Source of the DNA: Antedon mediterranea
Lineage: Eukaryota; Animalia; Echinodermata
Direction of reading: 5' to 3'
Assembly (NCBI RefSeq): GCF_964355755.1
Contig: NC_092677.1
Location: 12,422,101-12,486,100 of the forward strand
DNA: 64,000 nt
The position numbers and the translations under genes are program-made. The notes under the pieces were generated by a model. The model was given only the letters and a program-made list of their open reading frames with translations. It made no database searches and was not told where the DNA came from. Below, piece after piece: positions 1 to 14,400 of the stretch (its first letter is position 1; each line of letters opens with the position of its first letter).

Positions 1-2559
1 TCACTGACTGAGTAATTAATTGCTTCTCTTTATTTAATGAATTTCTTTTTAGTAGAAAATTTTCTTTGGTTTAAAAAAAAATTATTTACAAATTATAAAG
101 ATGTACAAAAGCAACGAATCACTCATGTGGTGAACATTATGTAGACATTTGTGGTGATGTCAGATCGTGGGAGAATTCTAAATAAATGCCTCAATGGTCA
201 GACATTGATTGATTATTATGTACTGCCCCCTATAGTATATTTGTTTTTATTCTGAAAGTTATATGATTGTATAAATTAGTAGTGTGAGCCCTCTATAGTT
301 TAGCCTTTTGAAAACTTTTTCATCTTTGCAAATTCAAGACATGTATTTAAGATTTTCTTAAATTTGGAAAGGATAATTTCAAGACGATCTCAAGATTGCA
401 GACCAAAAAATGCAAAGCGTGCCTCTCGCAATAAAGATATAGTGTTTTAAACTATTCCCTGAAGGTTTTCATGGCGAAATCAAATGTTGATATCAAGTTT
501 GCAGTACACCACATATCATCTAGGTTTGAAAAATACTGAAAGAAGTTTTGATCAATATACTTTAATCGTCCTCAGGAGTGAAAATACATAAAGTCCAGGT
601 CTACGAACAATAGCAAGGTCTTCTACTGTATAGCTAGTTTCAATCCCTCCCACTGTGTGAACTTGCTATTGTTTCTAGCTTTCACACCAGTCCCACTTAC
701 GTTCTCAGTTTCCTGAACTTTCTGCATTTTCACTCCTGAGGAGGATAAAAGTATATTGATCGAAAGGTTGAGAAAACTCAACAGTTCTTTGCAGAACCAG
801 ATGTACATGGTGTACCGCAAACTTTATATCAACAAACAATTTCCACAATGCATTTACCTAAAAACTGTTGTTTGCAATTTCGATAAACTATACTACATAT
901 TCTGAACTTGACCTGTGTACAATTGACAATTGTTATTTATTTTAAGATCTAAACAACATTGATCTTTTTGTTATCGTCACCTGTTAGAAAAAGGAAAGAG
1001 CTAAATAAATCTTTTAATTGTATTACAAAAAGAACAAAAGTTTATTGTTCTTTTGGTCAAGGTAAACATGAATTATTTAAAAGGTTGTTAGTATGTCATG
1101 CTTTGAGCTTTAACTAATCTGTTTTTATTAACATTGTGTCTGCTGTACATTGTAATAATGAAACATTGTACAGCCTCATATATGTTTGTTTCATTGGATT
1201 TTATTATAAGTAACATATTTTTTACTTATTTATTCTTCACAAATGGAAAAAACAAAACATTTTCGATTTTTTAATTTACTTAATATTGGTAAAAAGAGAG
1301 GAATTTTGGCACACATGCTGTTTCATATTGAGCTGGTATCACGAGTGTCTCTTTTCAAGTTTTAGTGTGGCCAGCTTTGATTTGATTTTTTAAAGATCCA
1401 TTCAGTTTTGGATTCCCGGCGCAATTCCTGACCATTTGTCTAGTTTTTTCCAGTGAATCTGTTTAAATTAGCAAATATGCTTTCTAATATATTTTTCTAA
1501 AAGTTCATCTTTATTTAGATTTACTCGCCAAAAAAATTGTTTTAAGAGCGTGCCAGAAGCTGTAAGATTTTTATTATACTATTTTTGCACCTGTTTTATA
1601 TAACTGTATAAAAGCTCTATAGATATCTTATAAGATTTCCTTAATGTTGTACCTAGAACTGTGTTGCACAAAGTTAATTTAATTTTCTACATCTCAATGA
1701 ATTTTAAAGTTTCTTATCCTTAGTTTTACACATTTCATTTAACAATATAATTATAGTGATAAATTTTGTTTTTGATTTTCAAAAGATTTTAAAAATGTGT
1801 TCATATTTTTATTTGTCATTACAAATAAAGATAAAAATGAATTTTAATCAGAAAAATAGATAGCATGTTGTTTTGTTAATTGGGATTGAATATTTTGATT
1901 ATATGGTTTATCTTACCAGGGAGGTAACTCCCTGATCTTACTAAATCAAAGCGAATAGCATAGATTGGATTTGAAAACTTATAATATAACCCCCATGGGA
2001 GAATGGAATAGTCCTATTCAAAACTATTTTCTGTAGTCAAGTTAACAAAATAATAGGTTTACTAACTGTACACGCAGGGTCTAATTGAAAAGGTATTGAT
2101 GGCTAAAGATATTGATTTTACTAGAACGATCCAGATTTTGTCAATGCTGGAAGGGTGCCTAATTTTATCTTGGCTATTAAAATACACATACGGTGCTGTA
2201 TGCCAAATCCAAGAGTCATTTTATAGTTTAAGCGGATACGTTAAAGTGAATTAAACTGTTATGCTTCGTATTGGTATTTCTTTATGCATGGTCTCACAGT
2301 AGCAAAGTGCAATTGATATGGTGTTTAATGGTATGCGTTGGAAAGTATTTCGGATTCTTCCAAAGAGACTTAGACCACGAACTTGGAGGAAATACGGTTT
2401 TGTAAGTAAATTTTTACATCTGCTACCACTGAATGTTATACTCACAACAACTTTATCTTCTCACTCCTCCTATTTTAAGTCCACTCTTTTCTTTATAAAA
2501 CCAGTAGAAGATTCTTCTATTATTTTTGTACTTTCTGTATTTTACCATTTCTTTATTTT

Positions 2560-2890
2560 TATTCATTAAATATTACAACTTCATCTTATATTTCCACTTC
2601 CTTTATTGTTCCACTTCTTTTATTTTCCTACTTTATTTTTTCCACATTTTTATCAATATCATCCTTTATTTTGCCATATTTCTTTATTTTCTGATTTATT
2701 TAATTTTCTATTATTTTATTTTCCCATTTCTTTCTTTATTTTCCACTTCCTTTATTTTCCTACTTATTTTTTCCACATTTTTATCATTCATAATTTCCCA
2801 CATTGATTTATTTTTCTGACTTATTTAATTTTCTACTTTTATGTTACCATTTCTTTCTTTATTTTCCACTTCTTTTTTTATTTTCTCATT
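2560..2890. repeat. Pyrimidine-rich degenerate tandem repeat
   Basis: Recurring tttattttccacttc-like subunits with a longer block of roughly 130 bp repeated; almost no G on the + strand. Confidence 0.7.
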
Positions 2891-4072
2891 AAATGAAACA
2901 TCTTTCTTTTTTTTTCTGCAAGCTCTGGGTACCTATTCCTCTCAAAGAGGTTTTGTTCATTTTATGCATTTTATCACATCTTTATGATGTTATAATTTAT
3001 CTTCAAACAGCTGCTCATACCCAGTACTTTATGTTTTGGTCATTTGTGAGATTACATGTGATGGCATGGGAGTGATTCTAAACTAAACGTGACTTCACAC
3101 AATGACAAATGATGTCATTTTACATATCTGTTCGGTTTTTATGTGAATCAGTTGTTTTTATCTACCACGATGGAAATCGTATTCCAGGTTTTTCTCCTTT
3201 TTGTTTTCTTTCTTTTTATGTGGTGAAATTTATTTAGTTATATACAGTCAGTAGAACTTCTCCTTTGATACACCTCTGTTCAGAGGGCAACACTATTAAG
3301 AGGACACTTTCTTATGTCCCATCGTGGCAAGGTTAGTTCGGTGTCCTGTTAAATTGGTGAACCCATTTGCAAATTAACATTTCTTTATTAACTATGCTTT
3401 AACAGTAGGCCTATTTATAATTTTTTTTTGTATCCATGGTCAGATTTCTGATATTACATGATTTTCACATTAACCACTATTTCCTGACTTTACAAAATGT
3501 TTCCTTCTATTTTCAATCCAAAGGCTATTGCTTCCTTCAAATGAATGTTGGTGATTAAGTTTTGCCTTTTTTTTAAAGTAAATTGTTTCCGATTAGAAGA
3601 ATTTCAGAAATGTCTAATTTCCCAACAATTTAACTTGGTTAATACAACATCAGGAGAGTTGAAAGAACGTTTAAGAAAATATATGAAAAAAAGTTACTTT
3701 GTTTTAAAAATTTGGTTAACCAATAATTTGATGGACACTTACTCAAATATTTAATGAATACATTTGAAACCAACTTTAAACAGCTTATTATTATGATTAC
3801 TTACCGGTACGTACTTACAGTATATTTATTCATAATTAAATTGCTAAGAATAAATATTCCAAATAATATTTTAGCATCTTCCCATAGTACATAAATGTTG
3901 ATATTTCCAAAATGTAACTAAAAAATCAATTCATTCCATCCTTATGCCTACCTCCCAAATTTGTATACTACAAAACCATTACCATGTGTAAATAAGACCG
4001 TTTCCCTAGACTCACAGGGTAGAATATTTCAGTCAGTCTGTTACCATTTATTACACTTTGGTGATGACTCAT

Positions 4073-5124
4073 CAGGGCCGTAGCCAGGATCTGTCAAGGG
4101 GGGTTCGCACACTAAGTATTTGGGTCACCCCCACCCCCATACCTAGCCCCCCCCCCCCTGGGGTGGGGCCTGAGGCGAAGCAAATTTTGTTAAATGACAC
4201 CCCTAAATGGCCGGAAAAGACACTCTCATGCAGCATGCTACCAATGAGCAAAACGATCGTACTTGGACTCGTGGACTATTTAAACGATAACATTTGTTGC
4301 CGTATGTTAGATGCGCGTGCTCTGTGCGGAACCGCCGATTGTTTGATCATTTACTCGATATTTTGTTTTGCGTTCAAGTTCAATGCGAACGTACGTCTAG
4401 GAGAAGCCCCGAAAAAAGCACACTGGGTGAAGGCAAATGCAATTCTTATTATAGCTCTATCTATAATATTTATTTACAGCAATTTGTTCAGGAAATTAAA
4501 TATGCCAATGTAAATAGGTGATATTGATACATTTGAGTACGTATCGGCTGGTGGTCTAGAAAAAAATAATCGGATGCCATAATGTGAACTACAGTACATG
4601 ATACCATAGATATTATAGTGTAAAATATTAATATTCACTAAAATCCTCTATGATACATTATACTTCATAGCCACACATAAATACTGATGTATGTCGGAAG
4701 GCTATATACTTTATGCATGCTGCCTGACTGCCAGTGATCTAAACAATTGGTACGCAGTTGTCTGGCGGTGTCCTTTGTACGAATCGTTAGTCCCCCAGCT
4801 CGCTGTGAGATGCGTCAATATCATGTTACATGCAGGGACCAAACATTTATTTTTCAGGTTAAAATCGGCAATTCATTTGCAACTCTTTACAGACTACTGT
4901 ATATCGCTCGAAGTACGCTCATACAGGGAAGAAGGTACTGTATGAGTTATTCCGAACGAGTTTACGAATTTTTTAATTTACGAACAACTTTTTGTACTGT
5001 GGGCACGTATTTGGACGATTTTCGGAGATGAGGGTGAGGTATTGGGCATGTCGGGGATGGGGGTTCGCAGTCGGTTAAGGGGGGTTCGCCCGAACCATAA
5101 AAACCCCCCCTGGCTACGGGCCTG
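4073..5124. mobile_element. Non-autonomous DNA transposon with CAGG-type TIRs and 5-bp TSD (hAT5-like)
   Basis: Ends cagggccgtagccag / ctggctacgggcctg (14/15 inverted match), flanks ctcat / cttat, G/C-run subtermini. Related to 25057-26904. Confidence 0.8.
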
Positions 5125-6716
5125 CTTATCACGGTTAGTCTGGGAATTTGAAACAAATAAATTTGGAATCTTGAATAATACTGTGTTTGATTATAATCTA
5201 AGAATGTTGCTGTACAGAATGTTTAGAATAAATAATGTTTAATTTTCTTTAATACATCTTCGAGTACAATGAATAAAATTCAACTCATGTGAGACAAGAA
5301 GCCAAGGTAAATCAAATGTAATCCCCACATGTCGTAAACAATGTCTGTGATTGGCGGTTAACGCTGTAATTAGCAAATCCATTATTGCGTCTTTTTATTG
5401 GTCGTTGGGTCAAATTCATCAATTATGATAATTACAACGATTATAATAATTGTAGTGCATGTTTATAATCTTATTTAAGACAGGTTTCACGTTCTAATCG
5501 GTAATTTATCTCATGATTTGAACTTGGTATTAAGTAAGCATAGCAGATTAGCATCTTCTTACGGTCATTGGCCCGTAGGGAGTTCAGCATACATGATCGT
5601 TGAGTGCCAAAACTCTTTTAATTTAACTCATTTTATAAAGATAATACATATCCAATATAAATTGCAAAAGTAACGAAAAATATATAAAAAGCTGATTTAA
5701 ATATTATGCAAGTCTCTTAATTGAAGTCATTTATGACTATTATTATTACAGAATTAAAAATAAGAAGCTAAATTGTAAACACAATAAAAGCTTGATTTAA
5801 AGAACAGAAGAAAATGTTTAAAATTGTGAGAATCTTGCATTTTTAATTTTTATAATAAATTCAATTCAACTTTTATTTCAAACAAAATGTCCATATGATA
5901 CATAATAAACCCCAAAGAAAAAAATAGCATTCTGTAACTATCAACAAATAAATAAAAGAGAGACGACCAATAGTTTTTTGATGTAGTATGATTTATGCAA
6001 TGGGTAATGGGCCATTTTGATCATGTCTACTGGCACTAGGACGGTAACCGCAAAAATCGGTAAAATCAATATCTATTCCACTTCACAGTTTCATAAAAAA
6101 GTGTGCTAACAAATTCCAGGCTTTTCAACTTTAGCTAAAAAGTCTATTTAAGTGTGTTTACCTAATAGTGTCTAAAATCTAAGCTACTTAAGCATTTCTA
6201 TGCCACACTGACCGTGGATGACCAACAAGTGACCAGGGCTCATTGATACAAGATCCAGGGGCTATACGTTTCTATTCTCTGGCTTCGAAAGTGGTGTACA
6301 ATGTTTATCTACTACAAATTGGTGTTTTTAAATGTACAAAGACTTCCCATTCAATAGTTGATTGCATAACCACTTAAAAGTTAAATTCTTTTGGCTAGTG
6401 TTGCTTTAAGTATTTTATAATACTTATTTTGTAATACCTGCAGTATAACTAGTAATTTATGACAAATGTACTAAAAAATTCCTAGTTTTGTGGGATGAAT
6501 TTTGAGCCCTAGTTAGTAAGTATAGTTATTTCTTTATACAAATAGATTTATTTATTAATAAACATATTTATACAGGATAAAAACATAAGGTATAGATATT
6601 TTCACCCTGTTTTGCATAAGGTTGTGTTTTTTTAATTATAAAAAAATCATAAAAAGACAACAAAAAAACTGATAATAAAACTGTAAAATCACAATACAAT
6701 ATGTACAATGTTTTAA

Positions 6717-6790
6717 AAAAGGAGTAATACATTAAAGGGATACATAAAATGTAAAAGGAGTAATACATTAAAGAGATACATAAAATGTAA
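6717..6790. repeat. Tandem duplication of about 36 bp
   Basis: aaaaggagtaatacattaaa(g/a)g(g/a)atacataaaatgt occurs twice. Confidence 0.75.
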
Positions 6791-7732
6791 TTGTTCAAAA
6801 CAAGTGTTTAGAAATAGATTTCATCTCAGTTTGAATTTTTGTGCTTTACTGTATGTAGGAAATTGCTAAAAAAGGTAACATTTTAAGTTGATGGTTTGTT
6901 TAGCATGGACTAACAAGGACCATCACATCTTTACCTTGGTGAGCTATTAATTTTAAATTAATGGTAATCATCAAATTAATAAAAAGTTGTAATTGGTCAT
7001 TAAAGAATTTATTACAAGAAATTTATGTGTGGGAAAATCCTTGGAGTGGTGCACAACTCTCTGACACAATGTTTTCATAGGTGAGTATTCAAAAGAATAT
7101 TATCATTTGTAGCCATTGTTGAAAGAGACCAAACACGTTTGGTTTTCCCACAGTTAGCTCGCCTAGTCTTGTCATGTTTTTAAAGATCTTCTATTCTTAA
7201 AACAGTATTTTTGTTTTTCCTACAACGTTCCTGCGGTTTTCAAACTGTCGACCTTGTTGTACCGATTACACCGACTGAATATACCATCATTCTAGTTGAG
7301 AGAACGCGGCCTATTGCAGCTGACTTCATAATTGTTAAATCTTTTGTTGAGTTTTATTTGTTCAAATTTGCCTCTTTCTTTGTGTATTAAGTGTCAGTAT
7401 GACACATTGGTTTATAACTATTTAAATCGTGTTTTCAAATGTTAGGGTTGTTGTTGTTTAGTCCATATACATCATTCAATTTGCATAACAGTTAATATTA
7501 ATTGATTAACATATGTAGTTAAAATATTGAAATGCTTAGCTTACATTTATACTGTAACTGTCAAATAGAACTCATCTATAATTAACCTTTGTCCTATTTT
7601 TATTGTTATGTGGTAAAATAATCTTGTAATAAATGCATGTCCCAGTTTACATTCCCTGTAGGTATGACTTACTTACATAATTAGAGAATCATCTTTTTTA
7701 GTAATCAACAGATTGATTATTAACCCATATTT

Positions 7733-7988
7733 TGTGCCAAGCTTACTTAAATAAACTGATAATAGCCCTCTCTCTTTGACGAGAGGATACTTTTTAAATA
7801 AAAAGAAGTTCAGTTGGGCACACCTATTGGATAATGGAATCGCCCTTGAATCACACTCCTCTATTCCATATCACTTCTTTTTCAATCGTGTGTGTACTGA
7901 ATTTCTCCTTTCCTAAATATACAGTATCTCCTCTTCTGAAAGAGAGGGGGCTTTTGTCGAATTATCCAGGTAACTCATACCAGCACCA
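7733..7988. mobile_element. Old MITE-like element with diverged inverted ends
   Basis: Left gtgccaagcttacttaaataaactgataatagccctctctc is an imperfect inverse of right gagagggggcttttgtcgaattatccaggtaac..gcac. The same end recurs at about 27597-27670 and in the 169-bp array. Confidence 0.5.
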
Positions 7989-8419
7989 TTATTTTTTTAC
8001 AAAAGATATTTAGCTGAAAAGATTTATAATAATTTAGTTTAAATAGGCAATAACATAACTTTGGTCATAAAGAAAAAATACTTTTATGTTTCATGTTGAT
8101 GTTCTTTTAAAATTATACAAACTTAACAAATTATTCATTACATCTAATAAGACATTAAAAAAAGAAACAAATTCATTTTACAATAGTTGACACTGTATTC
8201 AGGATAGACCCTACAAAATCAATACTCTCTGATTAAAAATGTGATTGGTTTAGCAGACGGCATTTGCCATTCATAGCAGACGACGCACATAGTAAATAGA
8301 ATCAATATATTGTGAGATTCATTATGCTGATGCTAGTAGTATAGCAGGTATTTCCCTTATCATCTACATTCTCTACTGATAATTCTCTATGATAATTAGT
8401 CTCCAGATGAGGAAACAAA

Positions 8420-8455
8420 ATGGCTACGTTGATCGGTGAGGATTTAAGTTACGAG
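8420..8455 (+). CDS. PLEKHG4B: Candidate first coding exon (MATLIGEDLSYE)
   Basis: ATG in strong context (caaaATGG), in-frame upstream TGA at 8408, donor GAG|gtatgc in phase 0, compatible with exon 12049, which lacks its own early ATG. No homology support. Confidence 0.55.
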
Positions 8456-11400
8456 GTATGCAAGAATTTTTATTCTTTTTTGGGGTTATTGTTAGCGTCA
8501 TTGAAAATACGCCTAGTGTTGGTAATGGCAGGTTGTGTATATATTTAGATGACAGCTCGGCTTAGTCAGCCAAATGTCACATGCGTAGTGACGGTGAATG
8601 GCTTTTAATTATCTATAGTACACAGCCGGCCTAGCCTTAGAAGAGAATAGTGTATTTTATTCCTAATACTAAATAGTGTTTTTAGTGTATAGTGTATATT
8701 TTGATGGCTCAGTTTGTTAAACAGTCAGTTCATACTGTTTATGGTACACTGGATTTTGATGGTTTAGTTTGTTAACCAGTGGTTTTAGATGTGGTACTGT
8801 AAGTATGAAACTTAAATTATTTTACATACGTACCACCATATTTTTTCCAATTATTTTAATAGGAAAATAAATACTTTAGCTAACAGATTGATTTAAAGTC
8901 AGATACAATACAAAGCTTGGAAATTCTGTATGGCTGCTGTTATTTGATCTGATTTTTTTGCTTATTCATTCTGTATAAATTTAGATTCTTCCACTCTTGG
9001 CTATAGTACAGTAGATCTGCCACTGTTGGCTATAGTACAGTAGATCTGCCACTGTTGGCTATAGTACAGTAGATCTGCCACTGTTGGCTATAGTACAGTA
9101 GATCTGCCACTGTTGGCTATAGTACAGTAGATCTGCCACTGTTGGCTATAGTACAGTAGATCTGCCACTGTTGGCTATAGTACAGTAGATCTGCCACTGT
9201 TGGCTATAGTACAGTAGAACCTATATTAAGGGGACTCCTTTGAGAAATGTTGTATTAATGGTGTCTTCATCAATAGGGGTTTTTTCATGTTAAAACATAT
9301 ATTTCCCCATGTATGTTTTACAGGAAAGTTTCCCCTTAATAGGAATTTCTTTTGAACAGTGTCTCGATCCTGGAATTATTTGCTGTGAAAAAAAACATTA
9401 AGTTGCTTTTTTAAGGGTTCTAATTTTTCGTCCCTCTCTCTCTCTCTCTCTTTCTGTTCTTAAAAAATAATGATAATTTTGCATTATATTGTATGTGCAC
9501 CACTTCCCCAAACACAGCCTCTGCTCCCTTCAATGTGACACTACTATATGCAGACATATTCTGTAATTCCACAATTATAATCAGGAAAACTAAACAACTT
9601 GTAGAATTTAAAAAATAAAATGTAACAGTTCTTTTCTTTTGGTTGAAATTGACTGTTCATGTTTGACAGATGACGATTGATTTTAAATTGTGATTGTGAG
9701 TTGATGCATGTGAGTTTATGTTCATATACGCTTTATGCAAGCATCAAGTAACAAATATAGCCTAATTTATGATGATGGAAATACTGATTTTAATGCATGG
9801 TTAGACATGGACTATGATTTCAGATGTGTATCACGTATACCATATATTCTGGATAAGATTAACATCTCACTGACTGTGAATTGGAATTGGTTGCCATTTT
9901 CGTAGAATTTTTTTGTGTAAAAACATCCCATATTAGGCAAAATTTTGAAGAAATATATTTTTTACCGTAAGCACATCCATATCACCTATATCAAGTACAA
10001 GTTATTACTTTGTTAAAGAGCTTAAAATGTTAATTATCTAACATTAGTATCTCTGTACTTGCTGGATACTCCATGTAATAAGTTGTTATTGATGATGTAA
10101 TTTCTAAAAATAGATTCGACATTATCCTTCGTATAAAACATTCAATTACTGTAAGCATGTTATTGAGTGGAATATGCAAATAACCTGTACTCACATTATA
10201 CTTACCATTGTCTAATTAAAAATATTGTAATGATGTAATATGTTAATTATAATTAATCATCAAAAATATTTATAATTTAAAGATAATTATATGAAGTAGT
10301 TTTTACCCACTTTCCATTCCAAGCCTGCATCTTGTTAATTAAATGATGTAACTGATTGACAAAAATAATCAATTTCTGAGAAAGAAACTAACAGTAAACA
10401 ATGACGTGGATGAAGAGAGTATACAGTACACTCACTTTAAAACGTTCCATATGGAGTTATGAAAATTTTAATATTGAGTATAATGATTATTAAATTTATA
10501 TAATTAATTCAATTTAGCAATTAATTTCATAAATTCAAAATAATATAGAAGATATGAAAAATTTGTTGTGCTGGAGCTGAAGAATAAGACTAAGAGGAAG
10601 AAAATTAGTTAAAAATCGAAAAAATGTTTAGTGAATAAAAAAAATACAGTATTATTCTTTACAACATTGTATACAATTATGTAAATAATATAATTTTACT
10701 GTCCATAGAAGACCTGGAAAGCATGGTACAGTACTTAAATACATTAATGTATTATTAAATGAAGAAAGCTGATTTAATGTTAAATATATGGTAATAACAA
10801 AATATATTCTACATATGAACATGAAATATTACATTTATTATGCAAATGAAAAAATTGTACTTTGCATAGAAGACCAGGTCAGCATGATCATAGTAAAGAA
10901 AGCTAATTTAATGGTTAGGTTACACATGAACATGAACTATTACAGTATGCAAATGAGAAATTTTACTTTGCATAGAAGACCAGGTCAGCATGATCATAGT
11001 GAAGAAAGCTGATTTAATGTTTAAGTTTTACATTAACATAAAGTTATTACATTTATTGCATATGATTATGCAAATTAGATAACATAATTTGCTTTTGCAT
11101 GGCAGACATGGTCAGCATGACATTCCAGCATTGTGGCACAATTACTCCTTTGTGAATAAAGGATGACCATGACCAATCAGATTTCACTAATAAGTCTTGC
11201 TTATCAAGAATCGTCCAATTGACATCCTGTGGTGTCATGTCCTCTTCCTCGTCTAATGCTTTACATGTTCCATTACACTCAAATGATGCTGTATTCTTTG
11301 GCCGTGGGAAATTTTATATCGCAACGTGTTCGATGAAATTATATACATTCGAAAATCTTATGTTCTGTTGATAATTGATATCATTTATATTCATTTTCTA

Positions 11401-14400
11401 CACTGAAAGCATATCTGACAGGATTATATTAATATACTTTATATCTATCAAAGGTAGGTGAGTTTTAATAAACAGAGTGATGTAAGCTAAGTTTATGTTT
11501 ATATTTTTATACTACTTTGTTACTATGTATGAGTTATTTATTATTATTAGCATTCATCTGTCACTTTTGTTATTAGTAATGCAATTCATACTATACTCTG
11601 TATCCTAATACAGTTCTGTAATTATATAAAGTACAATTTATGCATAATATTACATATATTGTTTAATTTTTTTTATATGTATTGTTATATAATAAATATT
11701 GAATATTATATTATAAATTTTATGCGATATATTCTATATTCAATTTAATATTTATAAACAAGTTTTAAACATTCTTTTTAAAGATATTTTGAATTTATTT
11801 GTAAAATTATATTGTATTTATTTTTCAGGTAAAAAAAATTAAAAGCTGTTTCGTTTAACGGAACAGAATATGGCACCATTCAATTATTTTATACGATTTT
11901 CTATTGATAACAATATAGCACTGTCCTTCGTGTTGAACTTTTTAAACGTTACCATGTGAATGTAGATATAAAGAGTAAGAGATATACACTGATTTAATTC
12001 ATTTTAAATCAATGAAATTATTATTGATGATATTTTTTTTCTTGACAGGAGTCGGCCCAGGTTGACTGTAGTCTACAGGATATTTTATCAGACCTATTTC
12101 CACCGTTTCAAAATGTCGCCCCCTATCTGTTAGCTCAAGTGTTTGAGATTGTCGACGGTAGCTATAATGGCGATGGAATAAGGTTTATGCATGAATTCTT
12201 GGTTCCTGTCAAAGCACTACTTCAGAAACTTAGATCATTGAGTCGGGTAAGTAGATGATTTATTTTGTTTATAAAATGAATTTAATACGTTAAAAAAAGA
12301 AATTATGTTGATGGTGAGATGGTTCCCACTAGATAGTGAAGTTTGTGGACGGCACCATTATCTGTTAGAGGTGCTCATCTGTTTTCTTTTCGTATATGTA
12401 ATTCTCACTTCGGAGAGTGAAAGGCTATTGTCAATTTATCCAGGTAAGCGGCACCAGGGCCATAGTCACTAGTATGTTGATGGTGAGATGGTTCCCACTA
12501 GATAGTGAAGTTTGTGGACGACACCATTATCTGTTAGAGGTGCTCATCTGTTTTCTTTTCGTATATGTAATTCTCACTTCGGAGAGTGAAAGGCTATTGT
12601 CGATTTATCCAGGTAAGCGGCACCAGGGCCATAGTCACTAGTATGTTGATGGTGAGATGGTTCCCACTAGATAGTGAAGTTTGTGGACGGCACCATTATC
12701 TGTTAGAGGTGCTCTACTGTTTTCTTTTCGTATGTGTAATTCTCACTTCGGAGAGAGAAACTATTGTCAATTTATCCAGGTAAGCGGCACCAGGGCCATA
12801 GTCACTAGTACAGTTAATAAGGTTTCAACCTGACCACTTTTTCACAGAGATGCTTTTGACAATCCCTGTGACCAGCACACAGATTGTTCCCTTTTCTTGC
12901 AACCACCTCATCTTTATTGTGGCTATAGCACTGGGCACTCATAGACTACCAACACCAATGTTGGTTTGTAAAATTCATAAAGTACGATAATTTCAACTGT
13001 TTTTTCTATAGCATTACCTTCTTTTCACAATAATAAATGCACAAAAGTAAGTGCCTGTTGAATTATGACTAAGAATACAGCATTAATAATTAAAGCCGTA
13101 CAACTCATATTTATGTTAAATATATCAAGTGCACGCTAAGTGGATATCATTCCATCAGGCATCCACTGTAAATGGTTTCTATTTGCGGCTAATGTACCAA
13201 AACCTTAAGGCAAGAGGAAATTTACTGCTCAGTTACCAGTGCACTCCGGTTCATAATGTAATGACATGTATTAATGTTATTATGATGTCATTATACAGCC
13301 TGTGTCTAGCGTTGTAAAGTTCAATTCTGTGTACTAACTCTATGAAACTTAACAAGTTAATGACGGTTTCCATTGATACTGACAGTGCTCAACTATAGGC
13401 AATTAGCAAATAACTCATTTTATTCAATGTGTGTTTTAAGCTCTGTCTACACTATCAAACTTTATGTGATGTGAATTTGATGTGCCCATATATGGACACA
13501 ATAATGTCATATCACTACCATATTTAAACATATCACTACCACATTTGGGTGCATCACATTGTTTTTGTCAAACTACTTGGATAGTGTAGACATAGCTTTA
13601 GTAAATACAGTAATTACAGCAATCCTTTGTAGAGTTTCTTGAATTTCCAGAATTCATTTTGAAGAGCAGGGGCATGTTTTAAATTCTTTTTTATATAGTT
13701 TAATAATTATTATTGATTAATATCTATTAAAATACAATATGTTCTGCTAGAGTAATTTTTCATATTTGGATTGGTAAAGTACTTTTCAGTCAACTGCACA
13801 AATGTAGTGTGGTTTTCTTTCATGTATTCTTTGTTGCTTTAGCTAGGAGTAATTGAACAGACACCAAACATATGCAGAGGATATGAATTTGACAACTTAA
13901 ATAATAACATAATAATTAATAATACTAAATAACATAAGAACCAAACGTTTTAAGTTTAAGCTCTGTCTACACTATGAAAATTTATATTTAAAAAAAAGTG
14001 ATATGCCTTAAATTATGGACATATCACTACCATATTTGGGCACACCACACATTTTGTTGTCTGTAGTTTGATGTGTAAACAGAGCTTTACACATTTTTTG
14101 GAAACATGGAGTTTCCTGCAAACCTGTCTTTAAACTAAAAAAAATAAGCATAGATGCTACAAAATATTATGTACCAGTATATTTTACTATATTAGGTCAC
14201 ATTTAATCAATCATGAACTTTGAACTCTTGACAGCATTAAACATTTGAAATTATATTTATAGCCTTTTCCGCAAATAAACCATTATTGTGCAGTGTGGCA
14301 CGTATAATAATAAAGAGCTATGTGAAATTGCCTATAGCAAATAACATGAATAATAAATAAGATTTTGTTCATAATGACAAGTTTCTGTTTCATATTCAGG

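Noticed and set aside
717-905. Open + strand frame (PEEDKSILIERLRKLN...)
   Set aside because: No convincing splice sites or start, and no recognisable domain.
2318-2819. Hydrophobic Phe/Ile/Leu-rich ORFs resembling membrane proteins
   Set aside because: They arise from T-rich low-complexity repeat sequence.
4058-4513. 151-aa ORF
   Set aside because: It crosses the boundary of a non-autonomous transposon, has no ATG at the annotated start and shows no recognisable transposase motif.
8991-9218. CRISPR-like array of 29-bp repeats
   Set aside because: Units are head-to-tail with no unique spacers, the context is a eukaryotic intron, and there are no cas genes.
12417-12783. Duplicated 65-74 aa ORFs; also considered a retrozyme because of the 169-bp period
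   Set aside because: The ORFs are by-products of the tandem repeat, and I found no CTGANGA/GAAA hammerhead core on either strand.
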